Origin: Minutocellus sp. GHC0000111
Lineage: Eukaryota
Assembly: GCA_977018835.1 (NCBI GenBank)
Contig: OZ361260.1
Location: 2,356,001 to 2,420,000 of the forward strand
DNA length: 64,000 bases
Reading direction: 5' to 3'
The notes under the pieces: generated by a model
What the model saw: only the letters and a program-made list of their open reading frames with translations
Told to the model about the DNA's origin: nothing
Database searches by the model: none
Translations under genes and position numbers: made by a program
Shown: positions 32,308 through 44,021 of the stretch, in pieces
Layout: each line of letters begins with the position of its first letter
Numbering within the stretch: position 1 is the stretch's first letter

Positions 32308-33055
32308 TTAGAATGACAAGTGGATGAGCCGTGGGATGACGCCCAATGCACGTCCCGCCGCTCGTCGAATGGCACGAATTGGGCGGCGTTTCTGTGCCTG
32401 TGGCTCTTGATGAGATGTGGCGACATTGGAAGTAAGGCTGGCATCACTGGCCTCCAGGATGTCAACGGCAGAGGGCCAATCCAACGACGGAGACGAGAAA
32501 GAATATTCCCCGGCAAAGGAACTGCATTTGCAGTGGGAATTAGAGAAGAACAAAAGAGATGCGCTGTGAGATTGAATTTTCTGTTTGGAAGGGCAACGGC
32601 GATAACGACATTGCTATTTGACACGTAGTGTTCTTTCATGACAATTTTTGTTCTCGCTACTTTTGACATCCAGCACAAGCACAAACAAAACAAGGCAACG
32701 ACGCCCAAACATGGATTCTTGGCACCACGGCTGGAGGATACGAAGGCGTGACTTACTCTTCGTCGTATGCTGGAAGCCGCGCTTTTGGGTCGACGCAGCT
32801 TTCGTACCAGATGGCGCCGTTGTCGCCTGCATTGAAGTCAAGTTTGGGCACTGGAAGGGTGAATGTCATCGATAGAGGTGTCAAGGCATTTGAGGTCTTT
32901 GTTCTGGATGTCATTGCCGTAGCAGACCGAAATGACTTGCTACCGGTATTGGCGATAAGCGAAAATGCATCTGACGGCTGGGGGAGGAGGAGGCCAATGA
33001 TGACCGTTAGTGCCACGATGGGAAGCGGTACCGCCGATCGAGAATGTTTTCTCAT
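32308..33055 (-). CDS. Small hypothetical protein with bipartite plastid-type presequence, 2 exons
   Basis: Signal peptide ending SDA-F followed by Ser/Thr/Arg transit-like stretch. Intron 32522-32756 (gtaagt..tgcag) joins the 32753-33091 and 32308-32553 ORFs in frame. Confidence 0.6.
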
Positions 33056-33493
33056 TGTAGTTGATGTCGTCATGGTTCGATGGTTGAGCAAATGTGAAAA
33101 GTGAGATGTTTGGATTTATGAGACCACACTTTTTGCAACGACTCGAGCCGTTGAAGGATTTATTGGCACACAGAAGCCAGCTCCTGCACTTTGTCACGTC
33201 AAGACTATCGCCACCGTTGATGCTCGTGATATTCCGGCGAGAAAGTGGTGATTGCCTGGTGTCAGGCTCTCGTGTCACTTTGCACCAGTGTGCCAGCGTA
33301 CGTACGTAAGAATTTCCGTAGGTACATAGCTACTGCGTACGTACATGATGATTCGCGACGTCATAAAGAAGAGAGAATGGCTTGGTGGGTGGGGTGTACA
33401 TACATGTATTGGCGGGCCGGAGGCAAGATCCTCTCTACGGTACTGGCACACCATTGAAATTGTTTTGCTTTAGATTAAAACCACTCTAACCAG

Positions 33494-36400
33494 CTAGCTC
33501 TGATAGGACTCATAAAGCACTGGGTTGACCTCGCGAAGGAACAAGAGAAGCTTTGAATTGACGGCTCCGTTGTCCCGAGCCGCATCGAACACAGTTCGGC
33601 TCAACTCATTTCGCTGATCTCTCTGCGACTCATGGGGTAGCAAATTTTCGCAGCATTTCAAAAGATATGCATATGTGTCGGATGTTGGGGCCAGTCCTGC
33701 ATCTACCATTCGGTTGTAGGCATCGAAAGCCACTCGAAGTGCCTCCGGTTTGTCTTCCTCCAACTGTGTGCAAGCGCAGGTACTGATGAGCGCCGTGAAG
33801 ACAAATCCATTTGGTCGGACTGCCTCGTTGTAGATGTGATCAAGTAAGTAATTTCGGGAATCATCGGCACCAAAGCTCTCAAATCCTGGATTAACCTGCG
33901 CCTCCTTCTTTTCAAGAAGAAGCATGGCACGGCTCGCAGCACCCGGGTAGAATTTGGCTGCGCTGACGCCCCAACAAGCAATGGCATTTTGGTAACATAG
34001 TGCGTCAGGCCTGGGAACTTCGGCATGCGATAGACCGCCCTTGTCCCCCTTCTTGGAAATTTTACTGATAACTGCCCGGACTTCCATCCTCGACAGCAAT
34101 TCTTCTGCGCGTTCACCGGCATCCGGAGCCGTGCTCTTGGCCCAAAGTCGCAATACGTAGTTGAACGAAAATTTACTGGGCTGGCTGGACTCATATCGGG
34201 CCATATCACCAAGGAGTTTTGTCCCATAGCGAGCCCACTCGTGAGATTCTTGAGGTGATGGCGTGGACAGCGTCGTACCTCCGATAGCATTAGAGTGTCC
34301 GTTACTGGTAGAGTCTTCTCCCAAATGCACCATACTTCTCAGAATGGCATTGTATGCATCTCGATTTGGAAGCGACTTGAAGTCGTCCTCAGACCACTCT
34401 CTCCCGACGCTATTGCGTCTTTTGGTACCGCTGACCTGGTCAGATGCTTCCAATTCAGAACGGCTTTGTTCCATTGAGCTGAGCAATCGCCTTGCCCTCA
34501 TCAAATATCGTTTGTTTCCCCCCTCTTCGGAATAAACACCCAATAATAAGTGCTTGGTATACAGATCAGGTTCAACGCGGAAGGAAACTTCCTCTGTCTC
34601 GTTCTTTTTCAATGGTTTGTCTCCGACCATCTTAAGGAAATTATTCTTGCCTACCATCCGCTTCGCAATTTCATCGACACGATCGCACAGATTTGGGATG
34701 ACACCGTGACCGCCCTTGGCAAGAGTATCAAGAAGCAAGTTGTAGGTGACAACGTTAGGATAAATGCCCGCCTTGATCATCTCGTCCAAAAGCTTCTCAG
34801 CCTTGTTGGCCGCGCCGCGTACGTCTCTCTTCTTCGGCGAGGTCATGACACCTCGATATGCTTCAAAGACTAAATGATAGGCATGGAGGAGTTTCGGTCT
34901 CCTGCCGGCCTCTTCGTCAAATCCATTTCCATTCCGATCCAAGGCCTCCAAGTCTTTGAGCATGCGGTGGGCCTTGGTGGCGGCATTCAACAGACCCGCT
35001 TGCGAAAACACCTTCATTGCAATGAGGTAAAGCTCCGCATTGGGCTGAACGTATGGGTTCCCTTCATTGGAACGCCTGGCCATCTCCCGAATGAGATCAC
35101 CAAGGCATATGCCCATATCGAGCTGGGCTATTTTCCGTGCCCAAACATTCCCTGGGTGGAGGGCCTGCCCTGTACTTCCAGAACCGACGGCATCGTCCTT
35201 CTCGCCGTCATCTTCCCCTAGGGCAGCTCCATCGTCATTCGACGCGGCTCTTTGCCAGTGGATCGTTGACTTCATCAATTGACGATACAAATGTCTTTCG
35301 GCCGAGTATTCAGGACTATTGTGCGCACTCACACCCTCGATGGCGGCACTGTTGCTGAAACCAACGTCAAAGGCTGTGCTGGGCTTCTCGTCCTCCGCAT
35401 CGCCTCCTCCGAAGCCAAACATCCGCCCGATGGAGCCAAAGAACGTTCCCGACCCACCCATGGGACCGCGCGACTGCTGTTCGGCCTGCTCCCGCTTCTG
35501 TCTCTCCAGTGCGCCACTTAAGGCCTCCTCCCTCTGCTTGCGCAGATCCTCCAACCGCGAGAGGAACCGTTCGGCCCGCTCGGCAGGACTGGTGGGTTGC
35601 TCCCCGGGTCGGAACGAGTTGCGCACCAGTACGCGACTGCCATTGCTATCGTTGTCGTCGTCGTTGCCGTCGTCGTCTTTGTCGTTATCATTGTCGTCGA
35701 AATCGGTTCGGATCGACCGATCGGCCAGCTGATACCCATGGGAGTACGACCTCACGGCGGCCCATCCCGACACCAGCCTCCGCAGCAGCGTCGCCGCCTC
35801 TCGGTAGGCCGCCTCCGTCGATCGGAGGGCGGCAACGGTTGGGACCGGTGCGAGCGCTTCCTCTGCGGAGCCGTTATCTTGGTTGGTTGGAACGCCGGCA
35901 GGGTTGGAATCCACGACACTGCCGTCGGCCCTCCTTCGCCTCTCGGCGTCCTCCCGCCGCTTCCGTTGGATGGCATCCAGATCGGCAAAGCTGCTGCCAG
36001 CCGTGCCAGCGTCGCCACTTCCACTCAATAACTCCGCCTCGTAGCGATCCAACACGGCCGTCAGATCGTCCTCCATCCGCAGCAGCTCGTCGACGTCCCT
36101 CATGCCGCTGTTGTACCTCCTGGAGGCTCGGTTGCTGCAGCTGCCGCTGGCGGCATATGACGACCGTTTGTTCGCATGGTTGCTGTTGGTGCGTCCAGGA
36201 CCCCCTCCCCTCCCTCCTCGGGAGGATGATCTCGGCCGTCCGCCCTGTCTCCGATTGTTGCCGCCCCTGCCGCTGCCGCCACCGCTGCCTTGCTTGCTGT
36301 AGGCATGGAAGCTGTACCCACCGCCGCTGCCGCTGATGCCACCCGAACCTCCTCCGCCGCTGCCCCTCCTTTTGGCAGAGCTGCCACCTCTCCCACCGCC

Positions 36401-36856
36401 TCTGCCGCGACCTCCCCCTCGATCGCCGCCGCCCCTCCTGCCCCGGCTTGTCCTTCTATTGCCTCGGTATTGTGCGTCGTCGTCCTCGTCGCTGTCGTAC
36501 GGTCGGTACGCCGGGGGGACGTTGACGGGAGGTCTGCGCAGCCACCGGACCTGCTGATCGAGTTTCATACTATCAGGGCTGTGCAGTTCATGTGCCGACA
36601 GTATAGATGCAGATGCCGAGCATGCCATGTTGTTGTTGAGTGGTCGTGGTCGACCTACAGTATGTACATGTATGCGGGCATTCTGCAGGCATGGACTGGT
36701 GCTGCCGGCGCTGGCTCTGGAAGAAGCCGCCGTGACCACGGAAGAGGCGGCGCGCTGCCTCCCGCGATGGGTGGCCCGAAGAAACACGTTTGCATGGAGG
36801 CTTCGATGGTGCAATCAATTCGTGCAGGCAAGCATCCTGGCCGGCGCGGCAGCCAT
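33494..36856 (-). CDS. Pentatricopeptide repeat (PPR) protein, probably mitochondrial
   Basis: Repeats such as GIYPNVVTYNLLLDTLAK, PNRDAYNAIL, PSKFSFNYVLRLWAKS, PNGFVFTALISTCA, PTSDTYAYLLK. Arg/Ser-rich N-terminus and RGG region. In-frame TGA at 36815-36817 after MAAAPARMLACTN; alternative start 36628. Confidence 0.85.
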
Positions 36857-37442
36857 GTGACTTTGCAACTTAACTTGCTTGAGATCGCATCGAGAGCATG
36901 CAGAGCAGATCGATCCATCATTTCGTCGAGACGAGATCAAGGGCTGAGATTTGGTCCGTCCGTCGCTCGTTCCAAAAAAAAACTCAAAAACTCCTCTCTT
37001 GCCAAAAACAGACGAAGATTCACGCCACTTGGGGCGGTGAATCTCCAAAGCAAGGGCACAACCCGCCACCGACACTGCGCTTGGCGCTGGGTGCCAACGA
37101 TTGGCAGCAGAGAAAGGTTGGAGCCGCCACTCATTCATCCATCGTTGTCATTGGTGTTGCTTGCTTGGGTTTCCTCGGGAGGAAACTGAACTCGCCGGCA
37201 GCAAAAAACGAGCACATAATACAACCTCCCCTCATTCATCTTGCGAGAACGAAGCTGGCCACCTCTCTACCATCTTGGACAGGGATACAGAAGCAACGGC
37301 AGAGGAGGCAAGAAGGATACTTCATCATCCTTTCTTCTCTACTTCTTTCGAAGCGAATCTTTTGCCGACTTTCTTGAAAAAAAAAAAAAAAAAAAGCCGA
37401 CTGATCCATTTATCCATCCCCATCTTGGTGCGACGAAACGAA

Positions 37443-39335
37443 ATGAGCGACTCACCCGCCGCGATACCGCACATTGGGTCCAACCTCGGCCAGTCGGTGG
37501 TGCCCGACCTCATGAAGGTGTACGAGAGTCTGACGCAGAGCTCCACTCCGCATGCACCTGGTGGTGCTGGTGGTGGCGTTAGTACTGCCGACAGCACTGA
37601 CCATCACGCCAACACCGGCCGTCCAGGCAAACAACTGCCCATGTCCACGTCGTACGAGCAGCAGGAGCAGCAGCAGTATGCCGCCTACGAACCACCGGTG
37701 CCCGATCTGGCCCAGGCACCACCTCAACCGCCGTCTCTGGCCGCTGCTGCAACAACTGCATCTCCATCTGCTTCCAGTAAAGAGAAGCCCTCCTCCTCAT
37801 CTGCAGGCAGAGGGGTGCGCTCGTCCACCCGCAAGCGCGGTCGAGATTCGCAGCAGAGCCAAGGCCAGGCCACCTCAGCCTCAGCCTCATCGTCAGGAGG
37901 TCGAGGTGGAGGCAGCCGATCGCGCAAGAAGACCACCAAGGCCGACGGGCGGTGGTCCAAGCGCTTCCAGTGGCCCGACGAGCTGCATCGCGAGTTCGTC
38001 TCGGCCGTCTTCGACGTGGGTCTCAAGCATGCCTCCCCCTCGGCCCTTATGGAATTCATGGACGTCACCTCCAACACCGGCAACAACAACCACGGTGCCT
38101 CCATCACGTCCGAACGGGTCAAGTCCCACCTGCAAAAGTATCGCCTCCATCGCGCCCGCAGCAAGAAGGAGTTCCTGGCCACCTACGATGCCGCCATGGC
38201 CAAGATGCGCAAGAGGGGAAGCAGCGCTAGCGAAAGCGATGGAGCCATGGGCTCCCAGGGATATCTCGTCGATCGGGACGAGATCGCGGCCCTGGCCAGC
38301 GGGGAGGTCGCCGCCCACCTCACGTGCGTGGCGAGCGCCACCGACGATGCCGCCACGAGCACGAGCGCGGCTCCCCCCGGTGGCAAGCAGCTTGCTGCCA
38401 GTATGGTGGAAGCCACCTCCTCCTCGTCATCCTCATCCTCGTCCGCCAACGTTCTGCACCTGCCCCAGCTCACCGAGGAGGAGAAGCGATCGCCGATCGG
38501 CGCCTCCATGGGCTACCTCATGGGACTGTTCTTCGCCCTGCAGCAGCAGCTCTCCCACCAGCGGGCTGCCAAGCAGGCTCGACAAGATCTTTATCAGCAG
38601 CAGCATGAGCAGCAGCAGCAGGATCGGGCTGCGGTTGCGGCTGCTGCTCCCCATTCTCCCCTGGAGGCCCCGCCGACCAACCCCGCCGGTCCGGAATATG
38701 GGTCCTACGTCGCCCCACCACCACAACTGACATCACAACTGCCCCCCTCCCATTCTCCCCACCTGGAAACTCCGCAGCAGCAGCAGCATAGATACCATCA
38801 CCACCCTTCGCATCATCAGCATCATCACCACCATCATCACCAACCCTTTGGCTCCCACCACGACGGCCAGCAGGCCATCGAGACCAGCACCTCGGCCATC
38901 CTCGAGGAGAACAACATGATGAAGCGCGACATGCGGGCCCAGATGAGGTTCCAGAACCAGATGAGGGCCTTCAAGGACAAGGAGGTGGCCAAGGTCCAGC
39001 AGCAGCCGCCGGTGCATCCTCGCCAGCATCATCACCATGGCCACACTACTAGTAGTAGCCACACCCACCAACACCATCTGCAAGATCAGCACGATGCCTT
39101 CGCCGAGGCCGTCAAGGAGCAGGACAGTGCCTTCGCGGCCGTCGCTGCCGGCGAGGCCTCCAGCGGGGAGGCGGGCCACCAAGAGGATCCCACCGCCACC
39201 GCAGCTGCCATTGCCGCGGCGTCAGCGTCGGGAACGGCGCGCGCTCGGGCTGCCTCCATCGGTCTGTCGGATGCCGACTTTTGGGACTCGTCCCTCGACG
39301 ACAACGAGCTGTTCGATTTCCTCACTGGCATGTAA
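37443..39335 (+). CDS. GARP/G2-like Myb transcription factor (SHLQKY class, PSR1/PHR-like)
   Basis: RFQWPDELHREFVSAV..G...ASP....ITSERVKSHLQKYR. Downstream coiled-coil MKRDMRAQMRFQNQM. Gln/His-rich tracts and acidic C-terminal tail. Confidence 0.88.
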   Translation: MSDSPAAIPHIGSNLGQSVVPDLMKVYESLTQSSTPHAPGGAGGGVSTADSTDHHANTGRPGKQLPMSTSYEQQEQQQYAAYEPPVPDLAQAPPQPPSLAAAATTASPSASSKEKPSSSSAGRGVRSSTRKRGRDSQQSQGQATSASASSSGGRGGGSRSRKKTTKADGRWSKRFQWPDELHREFVSAVFDVGLKHASPSALMEFMDVTSNTGNNNHGASITSERVKSHLQKYRLHRARSKKEFLATYDAAMAKMRKRGSSASESDGAMGSQGYLVDRDEIAALASGEVAAHLTCVASATDDAATSTSAAPPGGKQLAASMVEATSSSSSSSSSANVLHLPQLTEEEKRSPIGASMGYLMGLFFALQQQLSHQRAAKQARQDLYQQQHEQQQQDRAAVAAAAPHSPLEAPPTNPAGPEYGSYVAPPPQLTSQLPPSHSPHLETPQQQQHRYHHHPSHHQHHHHHHHQPFGSHHDGQQAIETSTSAILEENNMMKRDMRAQMRFQNQMRAFKDKEVAKVQQQPPVHPRQHHHHGHTTSSSHTHQHHLQDQHDAFAEAVKEQDSAFAAVAAGEASSGEAGHQEDPTATAAAIAAASASGTARARAASIGLSDADFWDSSLDDNELFDFLTGM

Positions 39336-39582
39336 TATAATTCACTTATGCTCCATACCAGTTAACGTTATTCATGGGGACATGGCGAATAAACATGAAT
39401 TAGATTATATAAATCTTAGACTTACAAAACATGTATGAAGCCATTTTCGAGTACCACAAATCCTATTCCTTCTGGATTTTTTGTTGATGTATTCTTCTTC
39501 TGGATTTTCTTCTTGCACAAAACTCTCGACAAATAGACAGTGTAACATTCTGAATCACCAATGCAAATGATCCAAGCGACGC

Positions 39583-41961
39583 CTACACGGTCGCGACGGC
39601 GCTTGCAGCGGCAGCAGCAGCCGCCTCGGCGATCGCGTCGGGATCTTCCTGGTATCCTTCAACATCTTCTCCGCCGATACCAGGTTTCCTCCCGTTGCCA
39701 ACGTGCCACTGGAAGCCGATGTCCTCGAGCTTCCGCCGCCGTTCTTCACTAAGGTGGGACTTCTTCCCCTGCTGCCACTTCTTGTGGTAAACCCTCTGAG
39801 TCTGGACCCATTGGCCAAGGCTGGGGTTGGGACCGTACGACTTGGGGACGTTGGTGTGGCCGTTTTCGTTCCTGTAGTCGATGAGCTGCTGGAGGCGGAC
39901 GTCCCAGTCCACCAGCACGGCACCCGGTGCCCACTCGAACCCGATGGCGTCGAGGGCAGCGATGCGCTCCTCGGTGATCTGCGACTTTTTGCCTGCCTGG
40001 AACTTCTTGTACTCGGAGCGCTGCTTGGACACCCACTTGCCGAGCGTAACAATGGACGGGTCGGTGCCCTTCTGGCCCTTGCTCTTCCACGCCACGTTGC
40101 ACGTGTTGTGAATGGCCTTGTAGGCCTTGAGCTCCTCGAGGCGGGTGTTCCATGCTGTCTCGTTGCGGGCGAATCCGGACGCCGCCTTGCCCACGTGAGG
40201 CGGAGCCTCGGCCTCGGCGGCATCCTCCCTGGCAAACTCGACGATGTAATCACTCACGTCGATCTGGGCGGCGACGGCGGCATCGTCGGGGGTCGTCGTC
40301 CACTGGAAGCCGACGCCCTCGAGGACGCTGATGCGATCGCCGGAAAGGCCCAGAACGTCCTCCCCGGCCTGCTTGCGCGCGTACAAATCGCGGACGTACC
40401 GGACCCAGGCGTCTATTGAGCTCGAAGTTGGCGGGGACGTTGCAGCTGCCGTGGGTCGACTTGTACCGGTACAGCTCGTCGAGCATGCTGTTCCAGTTGG
40501 AGCTGGGATTGTCGTCCTTGACGGAGAAGATGAAGCCAATGTCGGCCAGCTCCTGCCGGCGTTCCTCGGTGAGGAGGGAGGACGGGTCGCCCTTCTTCAT
40601 CTTCTTGTACTGGAGGCGCTGGAAGGACACCCAGTTGGCGAGACGCTTCCACTCGGAGTTCTTGTCGTTCTTGTGCTTGAGAGGAACGAGGCAGTCTGCG
40701 AATAGTTTCATGTATTGTTCAAAAAAAAATGGAGGAAAATCAATTAATTCAATTGAGTTCGGATAAGAGATGAGGAGAAAGAGGGAATATTATTGATATC
40801 GCGGCACATACATACATGGCAAAGATTGTGAAGATACATTTGTACGATGTCGACTCTACTTTGCACGCATCGCATCACGCTTCCTGATTCGATATTTATA
40901 TGCAACGAAATAATAGAACGAACTAGTAACCAACTCAACTCACCTCCGTGCATCGCCTTGTACCTCTTGAGGTCCTCGACCCGCTCCTCCCAGCTGGTGG
41001 GGCCGTACCGGTACCACGAGAAGCCCATGGCGGTGAGCTGGGCCTCCCGCTCGTCGGTCAGCGCCGTCTTCTTGCCCTTGACGTGCTTGAGGCGGTACAG
41101 CTTGCGCTGCTCGTCGACCCACGTCGCCATGGACTGCGGCACGTCCCGGCGGATGGGAACGTCGCAGTGGCCGTTGGCCTGGCGGAAGGCCTCGAGGTCG
41201 GTGATGCGCTCCTCCCACGTTTTTTTGGTCCAGAGCCTCCAGGGGAAGCCGATGGATTCGAGGGCCTCGCGACGTTCGGGGGTGAGAGTCGAGGACATGC
41301 CCTTGTCCTGCTTGGCCTTTTGGGTGCGCTGGTCGCGGGCCCACTGCGACAGCGGGTCGCGCTTGGGCAGGTGGAAATGTCCCGTCTCCTCCTTGAAGGC
41401 CTTGAGCCGTTCGAAGTGATTGAACCAGGTTTCGGACCGCTTGGACGACCCCGCCTGGGAGGGGGCGTACTGGAGCAGATCGGCCTGGGAGTGCGGGTCG
41501 ATCTCCATCCCGGTGCCCAGGCCGACGATCTGGTCGATGCGGGAGCGCTTCATGGGCTGGCTCTGGTCGGCGATGAAGGCGGCGGCCTGTCCGGCAGCGG
41601 TGGCCGCGGCCACCTCCGCGACTGCTTCGGCGGCCGCCTGGGCCGCTACCGCTTGGGCCGCCGCCTGGGCGTGCGCGTGCTCGATCCCCGCCATCATCTC
41701 CCCCGCGGCCACGTCGTTCGCCACCGCGGCGGCGATGGCGTCCATGTCGGCCGCCTCGACGTCCGTGGGGTGGGAGGCGGCCGCGGCGGCAGCGGTCGTT
41801 GCGGCAGAATTATTAGAAGCGGCATGTGTCGTGCTCGTGCCGGTTCCTCCCAGGGGAGGCATCTCCGCGCCGTCCGCGGCGGAAGCACCGGCGGCCATGG
41901 CCTCCCGGGCGGCCTCCTGGATCTCCTCCTGGCGGGACCGCTTGCCGGTTTGCTTGGGCAT
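39583..41961 (-). CDS. Helicase-associated (HA) domain repeat protein, 2 exons, one frame break
   Basis: About six repeats of W......L..Y...HG.C.VP......L..WV..QR.........L..ER...L..IGF.W. Intron 40696-40943. Frame break near 40404-40411. Confidence 0.88.
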
Positions 41962-42461
41962 GGCTGCTTGTTCCAAGTCAGGGGTTTTGTCGTTGGGGTA
42001 TCTTGCTGCTTGACTTTGGCGTCGGCCGAAGGGTATCCTTGGGTTGGATACGGTTTTGTTCCGTTTGAATTGGCTTGATTGCGCTCGCTCGCTTGGTGAG
42101 CTCCTCTTGGTGATGGAAATGGAGAGAGTTCGGCTTTTTGACGGTTTTTTCTCTCGGCCTCCTCCTGTGGTCAATTTCGGGCTCGAGATTTTTAGCTCTG
42201 ATGACGGACAGACGCATTCATTCGGAGATGGAATATAGGGGGATTTCAGCTCATTTCTTCCCGGGAATGGCTGAACAATAGGGGGGAATAGCATCTCTGC
42301 CAATCTGCCGTGTGTGCGTCTCAAGCAAAAGATGGCATACGTTTTCGTGAAAGAATGGAAACCTCCAAACATGGTGGAGGGACAGTACAACCGGGCGCGT
42401 GTAATATGATAATACTTTCTGCCTTTTATTTTACTACATGTACGATAGCTAGCTCTCCAGA

Positions 42462-43955
42462 GTGATTCCACGAGACCGCCGACAAAATCGCCGTAAATAG
42501 TAAGGCACTAGGAAATTTTTTTGTGCGATACTTTATGCAGCGCAAAAATGAACCCACTAAATGGCCTCTCTCAACACGGCGAAAGCAAGGAGAATTCATC
42601 TCCACAAGAAGGCCACCAAATGATGGTATAACGATAAATAACTCCAAGCCAACCGATGTATACGCCAACTACATGCGTTAGGTGAGTATTGCATACTTGA
42701 AAGCGAACTCATTCGTACATCATGTGCTATTTTAGCAACATCTCCTCATGCCCAGAAATTTTCAATATTTTTTACCCTCAAAATGGCAAAGAATGATGGC
42801 TGATGCTTGTCTACATCCATTTCAATCCTCCCTGACCGGCATTACTTTCACTTGGGTAATATTGGGAGCAAGTTTGCGCCAGAGGGTCGATATTGGGCCC
42901 CATCTTTGTATCATTGTGGCCGTCACCATGGAAAGCAAAAACATCTGAAAGTAGCAAATCCCCAACTACAACCCCCTTCAAGCCTCAACCACTGTTCCTT
43001 CACGCAATATCAGCACGCACGATGCTCATTCTATATTACATCCATCGATCTCACGTGTTGGTTTGGCCGCTTTCTCCGGTTTCGTTCCTCTCGGGCGGCA
43101 GAAGCAATGAAGGTGAAATCTGGTGCCGACATCAGACACGGGACTTTGGGAATAGTTTTCTCTATGAATTGTCAAGAAATGCCACCACCCCCCACTCAAA
43201 TGCGCTTGGTATATATATGGGTGAAGCGTCGACGGCTCAGTGCAACGGAAGTGGTGCATGGACCGCATAAAAGCATCCGGACCAACTTTCGGATGGGTGG
43301 TGTAATGGGGGTGGTAATGGCGCTGGGCCACATTTCGCGGTACAGGCACGCACCGACGCACCGCTATCGCCCAAAAATCCCTTCCAGTAATATTCAGGAA
43401 GGCATCTAGGTGGTCAGAGTGTATGCGATGGCCGGGGTGGTGCTGTACATCGGGCGAACATGGTCGTGATGGAACGTCGGAAACTGTCGAAAAAATCGGG
43501 TCTAACGCGAACGAATTTTTCAAGGCTCAAAAAAGTAATTGCAAGTCTCCTGCTGCACCACAGTGTTGTGAAAGGCTATTACAAGGGTATGGTGCCCCGT
43601 AGTCTTGATTGTTCTCAATGGGAGGCACGTCGGCGACACATGTTGTGGCCCCATTCGTTGAACGAAATGGGTTTTGTTTCGTTATAAAGTTTGATGTATT
43701 TTTTCTTTCTTGAAACAGCACAAGTGTATTCTACGACATAAAAATAAATTTTCAAACAATAGTGTACCAAAAGAAACACTCTAATACCGTATCTATATCA
43801 TGTGCTAAAAGAGCACCAAGATCATTGTACCAACTTCCTTTTATTGTTGATTATGGTCTACAATACCCTTCTGAGTAAGGATCATCAATAAAAGGAAGTT
43901 GGTACAATGTTTACGAAACATCGCGGAGGGGGTGTCTGCTCTCTCGTGAAATCAC
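42462..43955. mobile_element. Non-autonomous TIR DNA element (about 1.5 kb) with 8-bp TSD
   Basis: TIR GTGATTcCACGAGA..GC.GACA versus GTGATTtCACGAGA..GC.GACA (19/23). TCTCCAGA duplicated at 42454-42461 and 43956-43963. AT-rich interior with no recognisable transposase. Confidence 0.78.
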
Positions 43956-44021
43956 TCTCCAGATAGATCTAGCCCATTATCCACATCGAAACACTTCATC
44001 ATCCCCAATCAATCAACAATC

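Noticed and set aside
37101..37442. N-terminal extension of the Myb ORF including poly-Lys from the A19 run at 37377-37395
   Set aside because: Non-ATG start; the A-tract is more plausibly 5' UTR or intron sequence. No TSD was seen to support a retroposon tail.
41962..42471. 170-aa upstream extension of the HA-repeat ORF
   Set aside because: It starts at the transposon boundary and has promoter-like composition; MPKQ at 41961 is the better start.
42807..43523. ORFs inside the 1.5-kb element as a transposase
   Set aside because: No DDE, zinc-finger or HTH motif recognisable by eye.
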